64,000 bases of DNA from a virus (taxonomy: Duplodnaviria > Caudoviricetes): positions 977-64,976 of IMG/VR virus record IMGVR_UViG_3300025316_000016; one strand, given 5' to 3'. Position numbers and translations under genes: made by a program. The notes beneath the pieces were generated by a model. It searched no databases, was not told the origin of the DNA, and worked only from the letters and a program-made list of their open reading frames with translations. Positions 9,811-19,208 of the stretch are shown in pieces (position 1 is the first letter of the stretch; each line of letters starts with the position of its first letter).

Positions 9811-10068
9811 CTTTCCAACTTGGCGTGGACACTTGGTAATAACGAATCTGTTATCATGGAATGATTTTATCATTTCCTTTTGGAAATCGTACATTTCGAA
9901 AGGTACTAAACCATGATCTAGTGTGATAATTTTGATGTATCTAGAGAAGTATATTGGGTCTCTAGCACACTTCACAAATTCTTCTACTTGTTGCTGTGTA
10001 TAGTCTACATCGACACCAATTTTCTTTAGTAGGGGGTTATCACGATATGCTGTAGATTTAGTAGCCAT
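9667..10068 (-). CDS. gp17: Terminase large subunit, N-terminal fragment (N-extein plus short split-intein IntN)
   Basis: YRDNPLLKK...KCARDPIYF...FEMYDFQ...CPRQVGK, followed by intein block A CCDINTTIRL. Confidence 0.95.
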   Translation of the reverse strand: MATKSTAYRDNPLLKKIGVDVDYTQQQVEEFVKCARDPIYFSRYIKIITLDHGLVPFEMYDFQKEMIKSFHDNRFVITKCPRQVGKCCDINTTIRLRNKATGDIMEITIGEFYEYTRNNTDLPNNRERNKQIQ

Positions 10069-10469
10069 TACTCACCTTTTAATAATAATTGTAACTCTTT
10101 TGTACTACCAACAAATATTGCTTTGTCTATCTTAGTATTAGATTCTTTCTTATTATCCATATCACGCATTTGTTTCTGCATGGCAATAAGTTCTTTGTTT
10201 GCTTCGACTACGTTCTTCAACAGAGTACCAAACACCTCAAATGCTCTTGGTTGCTCGGATTCCTTAGCAATTCGTAGTATATCATCCATAGCATCTTTGC
10301 CTTGGTCGATAACATCCTGGAGATTGTCTCGTGATTGTTGATACGCATCAGCGAGATCTTGTTCTAGATTTAAGTTGCTTGGTTGGTCTCGTATAATCAC
10401 AGGTTTTTCTGTGGTAATACTAGGTGTCACATCAAAAATCTTTGACATTGAATCATCAAATTTAGTCAT
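10068..10469 (-). CDS. gp16: Terminase small subunit
   Basis: DAYQQSRDNL, AKESEQPRAFEV, AIFVGSTKELQ; synteny. Confidence 0.93.
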   Translation of the reverse strand: MTKFDDSMSKIFDVTPSITTEKPVIIRDQPSNLNLEQDLADAYQQSRDNLQDVIDQGKDAMDDILRIAKESEQPRAFEVFGTLLKNVVEANKELIAMQKQMRDMDNKKESNTKIDKAIFVGSTKELQLLLKGE

Positions 10470-10471
10470 AA

Positions 10472-11209
10472 TTAGTTATATTCTTTTATTGTTGTATTTG
10501 CAGTCCAATTGGAGTTCACATTTGCGTTTAGTGGGCTGGGTACCACATTTATCTGTACTAGTTCTTTATTAGTATCTTCGTCAATGATATTAGTGATTGC
10601 GTGTTTAATCAATCCAGCAGTAGTAACATCTCTATATAGAAACGCTTTCGCTTTGAAATTCAGCGACCAAATAACCATTCTAGTATCTGAGCTGCTATCA
10701 CCTTCATAAGTTATCTCATAATTGGTGTCGGTCAGGATTATTGGAATTTCCTTTGTGATATCCATCTCAGGAATCAAATTAATCTTAATAGTATAATCTG
10801 GTGTGAAGAACGGTAATATATGTTCTATGATCTGAGTACCATCTTCAATATTCCTAACATAAATGTATAATGAATAATCTATATCGTATGGAACTGGATT
10901 GTACTGTGCATTAATCGTGCCAGGTCCGACCAGATTAAAGTTTCTTGTATTAGTATTTTGTTTTCTAGCATGGTCATACGAAATGCCAGTCATTTCAAAC
11001 GACATTCTAGGAAGTGTTATTTGGATTTTCTTATCTGCGTCAGGATCACTCTGGAGTCTCATTACATACAATTCTTTCGCTGCATGTGCAATAGGAACTA
11101 TAAAACGTTCTTGTTCAGTATCATCAGGATTGTATCGAACTAATGTTATGTTCGAAAATAAATCAGAAAACCCAGTAGTGACATTACGAATAACTCTGTT
11201 ATAACTCAT
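10472..11209 (-). CDS. gp15: Tail sheath stabilizer/terminator
   Basis: ITLPRMSFEMTGISYD, QIIEHILPFFTPDYT. Confidence 0.95.
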   Translation of the reverse strand: MSYNRVIRNVTTGFSDLFSNITLVRYNPDDTEQERFIVPIAHAAKELYVMRLQSDPDADKKIQITLPRMSFEMTGISYDHARKQNTNTRNFNLVGPGTINAQYNPVPYDIDYSLYIYVRNIEDGTQIIEHILPFFTPDYTIKINLIPEMDITKEIPIILTDTNYEITYEGDSSSDTRMVIWSLNFKAKAFLYRDVTTAGLIKHAITNIIDEDTNKELVQINVVPSPLNANVNSNWTANTTIKEYN

Positions 11210-12087
11210 AATGATCCGAATGAATTTGTTTCAGATGTGTTTAGTATACTACTAGCAGACACATTGATAAATTGGTTGTCATAGTTCTCTTTAACTGCTG
11301 GTGAATGTAGTGGGTCGAATGTGGTAAGTAGATATTGTGCATTGCTAGAACTTCCTATAATTGCATTACCATCAATAAACTCGCCAAATATATTAGTCAC
11401 CGATAGAATGTGTGATGATGGTATCCATGATTGAACAGTACCATAGGATGTGGCATTAGCGATTGTGCTATCCGGTGATTGGAATACTATTTCTTGGATA
11501 TTGTATGCTCCTGTACCAGTTCCTGTATTAAGGTGTATTGTGTATGCGGAATCTGTAACGATAGAATCGATGTCTGGCATACCAGTACTGATAATCTCTT
11601 GTGAGTACTTGAACTTTTCCATTTCTAACTCATAGAAGTACGGCACTTTTCTACCGAGCATACTAAAGTCTTTGTTCTGATTAGTGAATTTGATTTCAAA
11701 CAATTCACCAACACCATTAGTAACCGGTATATAAACCAAATCACCCTCTCGTGGTCGTGTAAACGTGTTCTGTGGTACTCTTTGTGAGAATGCTCTCTTA
11801 GATAGAATAACACTAACAGTATTCTTGATTTCCAGACCAAACTTAGAGAAGAAGTCTTTCTCTCCACCGTAGTCAGAAACATTAGAAAGATACATCTCAA
11901 CAGGAAAAGCAGAGTTGAACATCTTCACGGGATCTTCTCCGTAGAGCAAATCTCTTGCTGCATCGTTGTCATTAGGCAGATAGAACGCATCAAATCCCAT
12001 GATCTTAATGCTTTCGCAAATCAAATCCTCAATGATTCGTTGCTCACCTACGTTGTTATAATTCCCGAAGTAATGAGAAATTGCCAT
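11206..12087 (-). CDS. gp14: Neck protein
   Basis: EQRIIEDLICESIKIMG, FFSKFGLEI, RPREGDLVY. Confidence 0.95.
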   Translation of the reverse strand: MAISHYFGNYNNVGEQRIIEDLICESIKIMGFDAFYLPNDNDAARDLLYGEDPVKMFNSAFPVEMYLSNVSDYGGEKDFFSKFGLEIKNTVSVILSKRAFSQRVPQNTFTRPREGDLVYIPVTNGVGELFEIKFTNQNKDFSMLGRKVPYFYELEMEKFKYSQEIISTGMPDIDSIVTDSAYTIHLNTGTGTGAYNIQEIVFQSPDSTIANATSYGTVQSWIPSSHILSVTNIFGEFIDGNAIIGSSSNAQYLLTTFDPLHSPAVKENYDNQFINVSASSILNTSETNSFGSL

Positions 12088-12088
12088 A

Positions 12089-12862
12089 CTAATTTGTGAA
12101 AAATTCTAAAGGAGAGCCAAAATTAGATTCCATTTCGCGCTCTAATCTTTCTATTTCAACTAGTGCTTCATCATACATTTTAGTACCATTAAGACTAACA
12201 CCACCAGGTAATTGTAACCCTTCGAACTTAGACATATTAGCACCCCAAGTTCTCTTTATTAATGCTGTGGCATATTCTTTGAGCCAACGATCACTCCAAA
12301 CACCGGAGTACACATCTGGATTAATAGCGGCATAACATTCAGCAATAACAACAGTACCAACTGGACATTCTTGTGGACCCCATGACCAATCAATGAATAA
12401 CTTCTGCATATGTCTCTGGAAACGAATCATAACCTCTCCAGTAAACATTATCTCAAGGTCACGCAAATGTTGCATAGTCATGGTATAGTTGATATATGAT
12501 GTAGATGTGAAATCGTACAATTCATTCAATCTAAGTTGATACCTAAGATCGAACATATTAACTGTTGATTGTGAATCTGATACTGGAAATATCCGTGTAA
12601 CACCAACGATTTCCATTGGGTTACCAAGTGCATCTTTAGATTGACTCAGATCTAGAAATTTGTTGTCGATATCTGATTGTTCTATTTGTTTAATGTAGTA
12701 TACTTTCTGCATACCATCAAAATGGGTATCTGTCCAGTACTGGAGTGCATCATCTATACGATCTTCTATTTGATCTTCGTCCACATTTATTTCAATTACT
12801 GGAGCTCCTAATCTTCTTAGACAATAATTCTTAAAATCTTCTCTACTACTGATAGTTGCCAT
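12089..12862 (-). CDS. gp13: Neck protein
   Basis: YCLRRLGAPVIEINV, WLKEYATALIKRTWG, LPGGVSLNG. Confidence 0.96.
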   Translation of the reverse strand: MATISSREDFKNYCLRRLGAPVIEINVDEDQIEDRIDDALQYWTDTHFDGMQKVYYIKQIEQSDIDNKFLDLSQSKDALGNPMEIVGVTRIFPVSDSQSTVNMFDLRYQLRLNELYDFTSTSYINYTMTMQHLRDLEIMFTGEVMIRFQRHMQKLFIDWSWGPQECPVGTVVIAECYAAINPDVYSGVWSDRWLKEYATALIKRTWGANMSKFEGLQLPGGVSLNGTKMYDEALVEIERLEREMESNFGSPLEFFTN

Positions 12863-12886
12863 ATTGAACTCTTTAGTTTATTATAC

Positions 12887-12894
12887 TATTTATA
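12887..12894 (-). promoter_or_regulatory. T4-type late promoter TATAAATA
   Basis: Exact match about 25 nt upstream of gp13. Confidence 0.85.
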
Positions 12895-12957
12895 TAAGTT
12901 AAAATTTATACGATAGGTCGACAAATGCTGCTCTACCCAACACATCCGTTGATGATC

Positions 12958-13593
12958 CTAATACTCTACTCCAGATTCATTAATATTCACACTATCAATA
13001 GTATTTTCAGACTGTGTTGCTGTGGCAGACCCTGCTTCTGTAATAGCTGCCGTTGCACTCATGTTTTGTGAAACTACATCTACTGCTGATATTATTTCTA
13101 CAATAGAAATAGGTGCTGTCATGTTTTCAGATGTGGTATCTGTTGCAGAAACTGATTCAACAATGTTGGCTGCCGCACTCATTGTTTCTGATTGAATAGC
13201 AACCGCATTTCCAGCTTCTGTAATTGAAGCTGTAGCGCTCATGTTTTCTGAAACTACATCTATTGCTGATACTGTTTCTGTAATTATTACAGGAGCGCTC
13301 ATGGGTTCATATTGAGTATCCACAGCAGATCCTACTTCTGTTATAGAAGTAGACGCGCTCATAGCTTCTGAAATAGTATCTACGCCTGAACCAACTTCTG
13401 ATATAGAAACTGGAGAAGACATGCTTTCCGATACAACATCTATACCAGAGCCTATTTCAGTTATCGATACAGCATCACTTGTGTTTTCAGATTGAGTTGA
13501 TTGGGCATTTCCCGTTTCATTAATATTTATTACAAAGACCTGTACGCCAAGTGTAGCAAAGGGCTTTGTTGATATGGGAGATATGCCAAACAT
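12958..13593 (-). CDS. Acidic repeat protein (about nine 20-aa repeats)
   Basis: Repeating SI(T/S)E.GSA.D..SE.MSA unit; no Lys or Arg after residue 10. Confidence 0.6.
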   Translation of the reverse strand: MFGISPISTKPFATLGVQVFVININETGNAQSTQSENTSDAVSITEIGSGIDVVSESMSSPVSISEVGSGVDTISEAMSASTSITEVGSAVDTQYEPMSAPVIITETVSAIDVVSENMSATASITEAGNAVAIQSETMSAAANIVESVSATDTTSENMTAPISIVEIISAVDVVSQNMSATAAITEAGSATATQSENTIDSVNINESGVEY

Positions 13594-13596
13594 TGA

Positions 13597-13758
13597 TTAA
13601 ATATCTTTTGCTACTTCTTCTTTAGGCAACGCTTCAACTTGAGGCGTGGCTTGTGTTCTTACTTTATCAATGATGTCTGCTACTTGTACATAGGGTGCTT
13701 GGCCTAGCGCTTGTAGGATTAAGTTAATTTCTTGTACGCTTAATTCTAAATCAATCAT
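13597..13758 (-). CDS. Small hypothetical protein (53 aa), tail-fibre locus
   Basis: Not in the track. MIDLELSVQEINLILQALGQAPYVQVADIIDKVRTQATPQ...; fills the gap between neighbours. Confidence 0.75.
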   Translation of the reverse strand: MIDLELSVQEINLILQALGQAPYVQVADIIDKVRTQATPQVEALPKEEVAKDI

Positions 13759-13760
13759 TT

Positions 13761-14093
13761 TTATACAGTCCAAGGTAATGGTGGAGTGACGATAGTAGGG
13801 TTAATTTGTGCTTCTATTTGACTTGCTACATTTGCTTCATATGATGCTACTTGTTCTTCACCTAATGCAGCTTGTGTCCAAGCGATAACTTCTTCCAAAG
13901 TTAAGTCTGCATACTGTGTATAGTTAGGTTTAGTAGGATCAACTTCAAAAGACGCTGTGCCGTAAACAGAACCTGTGTAAGTTCCGTCTGTACCGCTGAG
14001 AGTCCAGTGAGACATACAAACATAATCTGTAAAATTTCCAGCTTTTGGAACACAATTAAGAGTCCCGATATTCCAAGTATAAATTATTGACAT
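13761..14093 (-). CDS. Conserved tail-fibre-associated small protein
   Basis: YTWNI...HWTLSGTDG...YADLTLEEVIAW...PPLPW pattern. Confidence 0.7.
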   Translation of the reverse strand: MSIIYTWNIGTLNCVPKAGNFTDYVCMSHWTLSGTDGTYTGSVYGTASFEVDPTKPNYTQYADLTLEEVIAWTQAALGEEQVASYEANVASQIEAQINPTIVTPPLPWTV

Positions 14094-14095
14094 TT

Positions 14096-14602
14096 TTAAA
14101 CTCCATGATTTGCAAAGTTACCACAATATTTTTCTCGTGCTTCAATAGCAACAAGACCTGCTAAACCTAAATCATCAAAAAAACCTATATGCACTTGTTT
14201 ATTATTAATAGTTAGTTTACATTGCCATTTAGATTTTTGATTACTCCAAAGAACATTTTTATATCCTGAAGTATTGCTTATCGGAATTTTACTATTTAAG
14301 GCATTTTCAGACTTTGTGCAAGATCTCAAGTTTTCTATATGATTATTTTCTCTATTACCATCTATATGGTCAATGTGTTCTGGTATAAATCCATAAGCCA
14401 TTAGATACACTATTTGGTGGGCATACATTCGTACTTTTCCTATACCAACTTTAATATATCCATGCCCACTATGGCATCCTACTGGCTTACCTGACCTTAC
14501 TGAAATTCTGCCTAAGCTAATAACCCTAGTTTTCCAACACAATACTCCATCAATCACTTCATATCTAGCTAAGGCTTTTTCTTGGGTTAAAATTGATTCC
14601 AT
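14096..14602 (-). mobile_element. HNH homing endonuclease with C-terminal AP2-like domain
   Basis: YAHQIVY...IDHIDGNRENNHIENLR; NTSGYKNV.W...KW...HIGFFDD. Confidence 0.92.
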
Positions 14603-14603
14603 T

Positions 14604-14696
14604 TCAATTAACCTGTGAGGTCACGACATAATCAAGCATACCGTTGACATCCGGTTTGCAATTCATCGCTACGATGTTCCAAGTGTTTGTAATCAT
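14604..14696 (-). pseudogene. Truncated 5' fragment homologous to the 13761-14093 gene
   Basis: MITNTWNIVAMNCKPDVNGMLDYVVTSQVN* aligns with MSIIYTWNIGTLNCVPKAGNFTDYVCMSHW. Confidence 0.75.
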
Positions 14697-14698
14697 TT

Positions 14699-14893
14699 TT
14701 ATTTTCCCTTTAAAGCTTCTTGTTCAATTAAGTTAGCAAAAGCAGCAAGTATTTTTACAAGTTTTTCATCGTTTACATGGGTTTCTTGCTCAAACAATTC
14801 TTGATTAGTCACATACGATATATCTTCCTCGCTATCATATCTATGATGTAATCCTGCTTGTTTTGCTAATATTAATATTTGTTCGTTAGTCAT
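14699..14893 (-). CDS. Hypothetical protein
   Basis: 64-aa ORF packed tightly between neighbours. Confidence 0.6.
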   Translation of the reverse strand: MTNEQILILAKQAGLHHRYDSEEDISYVTNQELFEQETHVNDEKLVKILAAFANLIEQEALKGK

Positions 14894-14894
14894 T

Positions 14895-16526
14895 TTATTT
14901 AGCCTCTAGTGCTGTTAGTCTCGATGTCAATGCTTCGATGAGGGTTTGTTGTTCTTGGATTGCCTTGACTAATCTTGGCGTTAATTTGCCAAAGTCTACG
15001 CTCATCATTTCATCTTCATTAAATGGAATATGTACTGCTTCTGGTACAACCTCTAATAGCTCTTGAGCAATATATCCATACTCTTGATGTTCACCAGTCG
15101 ATTTCCAATCAAAAGACCTAACTTTAATTGCATTAACTGAAGCAAGTGCTGATGGGGCATCAATAATATTAGTTTTTAGGCGTTGGTCTGAGGTTGTGTT
15201 GTATAAAGTTAATGACCCGCTGTAAGTTATTGACCCTATAACGGCAGAGGTTAGCCCCCCCGCATTAAATTGAATTAGCGTCGGTGAGCCTGATGTAACT
15301 TTATTATTTACATATAAAACAGAATTTAGTGAATTTCTAGCAAAAATCCCTACCCCATTTGCTGATGAACCCATAAGCGATATCCCTACCGGATCATTAT
15401 ATACGCCTGATTGTGCAGCCGTAGTCCCCACCAGCAAATTGCCGTAGGTGTCGATGCGCATGGCTTCTGCATTGGAAGTCATAAACCCAAGACTATTCCA
15501 AGCTCCTCCACTAGATTGTCCAGCTGAAATAGCAGGAATAGTTCCGTCAGTAAGCTGAGTAATATTTAATGGAGCTAATATTGAATTAGCACAAAAAGAT
15601 GCGATAACATAAGAATTACCTCTATAAGTACTAAATCCTTGTGCATTTAACTTAGCAGACGGACTACTCGTCCCAATCCCCACATTGCCGGAGGCATCTT
15701 TATAGACTTGACCTGAGCCTATGTTCAGTATGCCTGTAGAGCCTGTGAGTGTGCCTGTGTAGGCTAGATTAGTAAATGCACCAGTATTTGCAGTTGTTGC
15801 ACCAACTGTTCCATTAATATTAATAGAAGCAGTACCAGTTAAATTTGTTACTGTTCCTGAAGATGGAGTACCTAAAGCACCACCATTCGTGACAAATGCT
15901 CCGGCAGAACCCACTGCCACACCCAAAGCGGTAACAACACCAGTACCAGTGGTTATTGTACTTGGTGCCACGCCAGTACCACCACCTATCATCAGCGCAT
16001 TAGCAGTTAATGCTGCTGATGACGCCCATGTTGATGCTGATGAAAAGTATGTGATACCACCAGAAGTACCTGCTACTGTTAGAGCTGGTGTTGATGTTGG
16101 GGTCCCGACTGATATCAACCCACCAGTAAATGAAACATTTGTGACAGTACCAGTACCAACACCACCGACCGGTGATACTGATATCCATGTTGTCCCATTG
16201 GATGTCAACACATTACCTGATGTGCCTGGAGCAACCAAACCAATACTAATAGATTTTGATGTTGAGTTGCCGGTTACATATACACCATTATTACCAGAAA
16301 ATCCCAGGGTATCTGTTTGTGATGTTGCTAATATTAGAGTGGAACTGGCATTAATAGTAGTAAAAGAGTTTGTGTTTGTTATGTATGCCAACGATCCCGT
16401 GGGTGTCGAATAATACAACTTGCCATCTGCTGAGTTTATGGCAATTTCACCATTGGCTAATGTTGATGGGACATTACCTGAAATTACCGATTTTTTGATT
16501 CGTATTGTTGTATTAGCGATAGCCAT
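14895..16526 (-). CDS. Tail fibre protein with C-terminal intramolecular chaperone (peptidase S74)
   Basis: N-terminal IRIKKS...LANGEIAIN..DGKLY; G/S/T-rich shaft; TSDQRLKTNI...GYIAQEL...LVKAIQEQQ. Confidence 0.9.
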   Translation of the reverse strand: MAIANTTIRIKKSVISGNVPSTLANGEIAINSADGKLYYSTPTGSLAYITNTNSFTTINASSTLILATSQTDTLGFSGNNGVYVTGNSTSKSISIGLVAPGTSGNVLTSNGTTWISVSPVGGVGTGTVTNVSFTGGLISVGTPTSTPALTVAGTSGGITYFSSASTWASSAALTANALMIGGGTGVAPSTITTGTGVVTALGVAVGSAGAFVTNGGALGTPSSGTVTNLTGTASININGTVGATTANTGAFTNLAYTGTLTGSTGILNIGSGQVYKDASGNVGIGTSSPSAKLNAQGFSTYRGNSYVIASFCANSILAPLNITQLTDGTIPAISAGQSSGGAWNSLGFMTSNAEAMRIDTYGNLLVGTTAAQSGVYNDPVGISLMGSSANGVGIFARNSLNSVLYVNNKVTSGSPTLIQFNAGGLTSAVIGSITYSGSLTLYNTTSDQRLKTNIIDAPSALASVNAIKVRSFDWKSTGEHQEYGYIAQELLEVVPEAVHIPFNEDEMMSVDFGKLTPRLVKAIQEQQTLIEALTSRLTALEAK

Positions 16527-16528
16527 AT

Positions 16529-17035
16529 TTAGAACATTCCACCATCTTTGATGTTTTCTGGTACAATCTCAGCAACCTTTAAATTATCTATTTTTTTTCT
16601 TTGTGCTGGTGTTAATTGTAGATATTTTATTTTATCATTTAGTTCGGATATTATATTCTCATAATAATCCTTCATATCTTCTGTTTCTTTTCTCGCCTTA
16701 ATCAACTCATTTCTAAACGTATCAACATGTGCTATTTGGTGCTCTGAATTTTTATATTCAGATGCGAGTTGGTTTAGTGTATTAATCTTACTATTTAGAT
16801 CATTAATAGTATTTTGATAATTTTCAGAAACATTTTTATGTTCTGCTATAGAATTGTTGATTGAATTGGATGCTTGTTCTGATTTTGCTGTTAGGTCTTG
16901 TATTTGTTGTTGTTGTTCCGCAATAACATCTTCACTAATTCTAGAATTCGCTTGTAGTGAGATGTTACGCAGAACGACATCGTTTACAGTTGAAGATAAT
17001 AATTCAACATAATAATTAAGGTACTTTTCAGACAT
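16529..17035 (-). CDS. Coiled-coil protein ending in DGGMF
   Basis: Heptad-like Q/E/N/K-rich sequence. Confidence 0.7.
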   Translation of the reverse strand: MSEKYLNYYVELLSSTVNDVVLRNISLQANSRISEDVIAEQQQQIQDLTAKSEQASNSINNSIAEHKNVSENYQNTINDLNSKINTLNQLASEYKNSEHQIAHVDTFRNELIKARKETEDMKDYYENIISELNDKIKYLQLTPAQRKKIDNLKVAEIVPENIKDGGMF

Positions 17036-17066
17036 GATCTCTTCCTATAAATCAATTATATATGTC

Positions 17067-18932
17067 TTAGAATTGACCACCATCTAATGAAGTAGACCAA
17101 ACAGGAACACCAGCATTTGTTACAGTTAATATTTGGTTTGACCATGTTTGATCAGAAGTACCAGCAGCGGCAGTAACACCAAGAGCACTTGTACCATTAC
17201 CAAACGTGATTCCGTTGGTAGTTGCAGTAGCAAATCCAGTACCACCCTGAGCAACAGTTAATCCGGAAATTGATGAATAAGTTGCAGCTGTTGTACGACC
17301 ATAAGCATCAACAGTTAGTGATGTGATAGTACTATTAGTAGCACCAGATCCGGTTGCGGTATAAGTGGTATTTGCTAATGATATGAAACCAGTTGCTGAT
17401 GCAACTAATATTTGACCAGTAGTATATGTGGTTGAACCAGTACCACCACGAATGAAGGGTAGTGTGTTTGTTACGGATGTACTAGTTAAATCTAATACAA
17501 CTTGAGTATTGGCAACACCAGAAACACGACCATATACATCTGTAGTAATAACAGGATGATATGATGCAGAACCGTATGTACCAGCAGTACCTGTATTTGC
17601 TAATGGTTGTAAAGCACCTGTGCCGTTGCCTATTAGAAGGTTGCCAGAAGTGAATGTAGCAGAACCAGTACCACCCTGAGCAACAGTTAATCCACCAATA
17701 GCAGAATAAGTTGCAGCTGTTGTACGACCATAAGCATCAACAGATAGTGATGTGATAGTGCTGTTTGTAGCACCAGAACCTGTGGCAACATAAGTGGTGT
17801 TTGCTAATGGCTGTAATGCGCCTGTGCCGTTGCCTATTAGAAGGTCGCCAGAAGTGAATGTTGCAGCACCAGTACCACCAGAAGTAACTGGTAGTGCATT
17901 TGTTAATGTTAGATTACCAGCAGTCGCAGAGAACGCATTGATATTGGTGTATAACGTTGCTGTATTAGCTTGTGTGAACAGATTAGATGTAATAACATTA
18001 GATGAACCGAATGTGCTTGAATATGCTACATTACTAAACAGATAATAGTTCTTTGATCCAGCATCACGAACAAGACCAGTAATGATGTTTGATGTTCCGT
18101 TGTTCAACACACCATAGAACCCAATATCAACAACGTCGCCAGTGGTGTTATTGTTTGCCAATTGGATCATTGAATCGTTAGTTGCAACTGTACTAGAATT
18201 TATGATTGTTTGTGAACCAAGAACAATCAAATTACCAGAAACCTGTAGATCTGTTCCTATTGTCTGTACGCCAACAAGAGCTACATTAGACCGTACTACA
18301 GTATTATCTGTATTGATTGTAACAACCGGAGAACCCGCAGAACCGGTTATTGTGGTGTTGATACCTGTCGCTCCACCCTGAACCGTTATTGTACTTCCTG
18401 TGGTCAGTGTATCTGTACCAGTATTACCAGAAACTGTAATAGTAGATGATATAGCCGCTGATGTTACTGAAAGGATGCGGCCATTAGCACCATATTGAAT
18501 TACAGGAACCGATGTAGCAGAACCGACAGTGTTATTAGATAATCCAGGAACAGCATTTAGATTGGCACCCAATACAATTGCATTATTACCAGAGAACAGA
18601 ACGGCCGGTGCATTTAGATCACCAGAACTTACCGAGAAGTTTTGTGGATACAATAATGATGATGTACTAGTAGAGTTACCAAGTAAGTTACCAGAGAACT
18701 GACCATTGACATCACGTTTTACTATTGTTGATGCTGTATTAGCAGTTGTTGCTGCATCTATTGCTGCCGTGTATAATACACCACCAATCTTGAGTACACC
18801 AACACCATCAGAGTTACCAATGAACGCTGTATTAGATGAATATGAATATGCTAACTCACCAGACTGTAATGAACTATTGGTTGGTGTTGCGGTGGTTGTC
18901 GAACGTTTTACTAGAATATGAGTATTTGCCAT
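17067..18932 (-). CDS. Tail fibre-like structural protein with internal repeats
   Basis: N-terminal ILVKRS...LQSGELAYS; repeated TVDAYGRTTAA and V..GGTG units; ends DGGQF. Confidence 0.8.
   Translation of the reverse strand: MANTHILVKRSTTTATPTNSSLQSGELAYSYSSNTAFIGNSDGVGVLKIGGVLYTAAIDAATTANTASTIVKRDVNGQFSGNLLGNSTSTSSLLYPQNFSVSSGDLNAPAVLFSGNNAIVLGANLNAVPGLSNNTVGSATSVPVIQYGANGRILSVTSAAISSTITVSGNTGTDTLTTGSTITVQGGATGINTTITGSAGSPVVTINTDNTVVRSNVALVGVQTIGTDLQVSGNLIVLGSQTIINSSTVATNDSMIQLANNNTTGDVVDIGFYGVLNNGTSNIITGLVRDAGSKNYYLFSNVAYSSTFGSSNVITSNLFTQANTATLYTNINAFSATAGNLTLTNALPVTSGGTGAATFTSGDLLIGNGTGALQPLANTTYVATGSGATNSTITSLSVDAYGRTTAATYSAIGGLTVAQGGTGSATFTSGNLLIGNGTGALQPLANTGTAGTYGSASYHPVITTDVYGRVSGVANTQVVLDLTSTSVTNTLPFIRGGTGSTTYTTGQILVASATGFISLANTTYTATGSGATNSTITSLTVDAYGRTTAATYSSISGLTVAQGGTGFATATTNGITFGNGTSALGVTAAAGTSDQTWSNQILTVTNAGVPVWSTSLDGGQF
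17239..17845. repeat. Internal direct repeats in fibre gene
   Basis: GAATAAGTTGCAGCTGTTGTACGACCATAAGCATCAACAG near 17275 and 17703; CCTGTGCCGTTGCCTATTAGAAGG near 17617 and 17821. Confidence 0.8.
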
Positions 18933-18941
18933 TTTTGTTCC

Positions 18942-19208
18942 TTAGAAGATTCCGCCATCAACGGTTGCAATAGTTACATTAGTTTTTCCATTGGTATCTC
19001 GCAATACTATGGTACTTGGAGTATTTATAGAAGTAGAAGAGTCTATAACATTGGTGTAATATTGACCACCAACTTTTATGATGTCAGATGACTGATCACC
19101 AATAAACATTGTATTGGATAAGAATGAATATGCTAACTCACCATCTTTTAGCGTTGTTGGAGTTGTTACTGCATATGATCTTAGTATCTGTATATGTGTA
19201 TTTGCCAT
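18942..19208 (-). CDS. Short paralog of the 17067-18932 fibre N-terminus
   Basis: MANTHI...GELAYS..SNT.FIG....KVGG..YT...T.STIV.RD.NG; ends DGGIF. Confidence 0.75.
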   Translation of the reverse strand: MANTHIQILRSYAVTTPTTLKDGELAYSFLSNTMFIGDQSSDIIKVGGQYYTNVIDSSTSINTPSTIVLRDTNGKTNVTIATVDGGIF

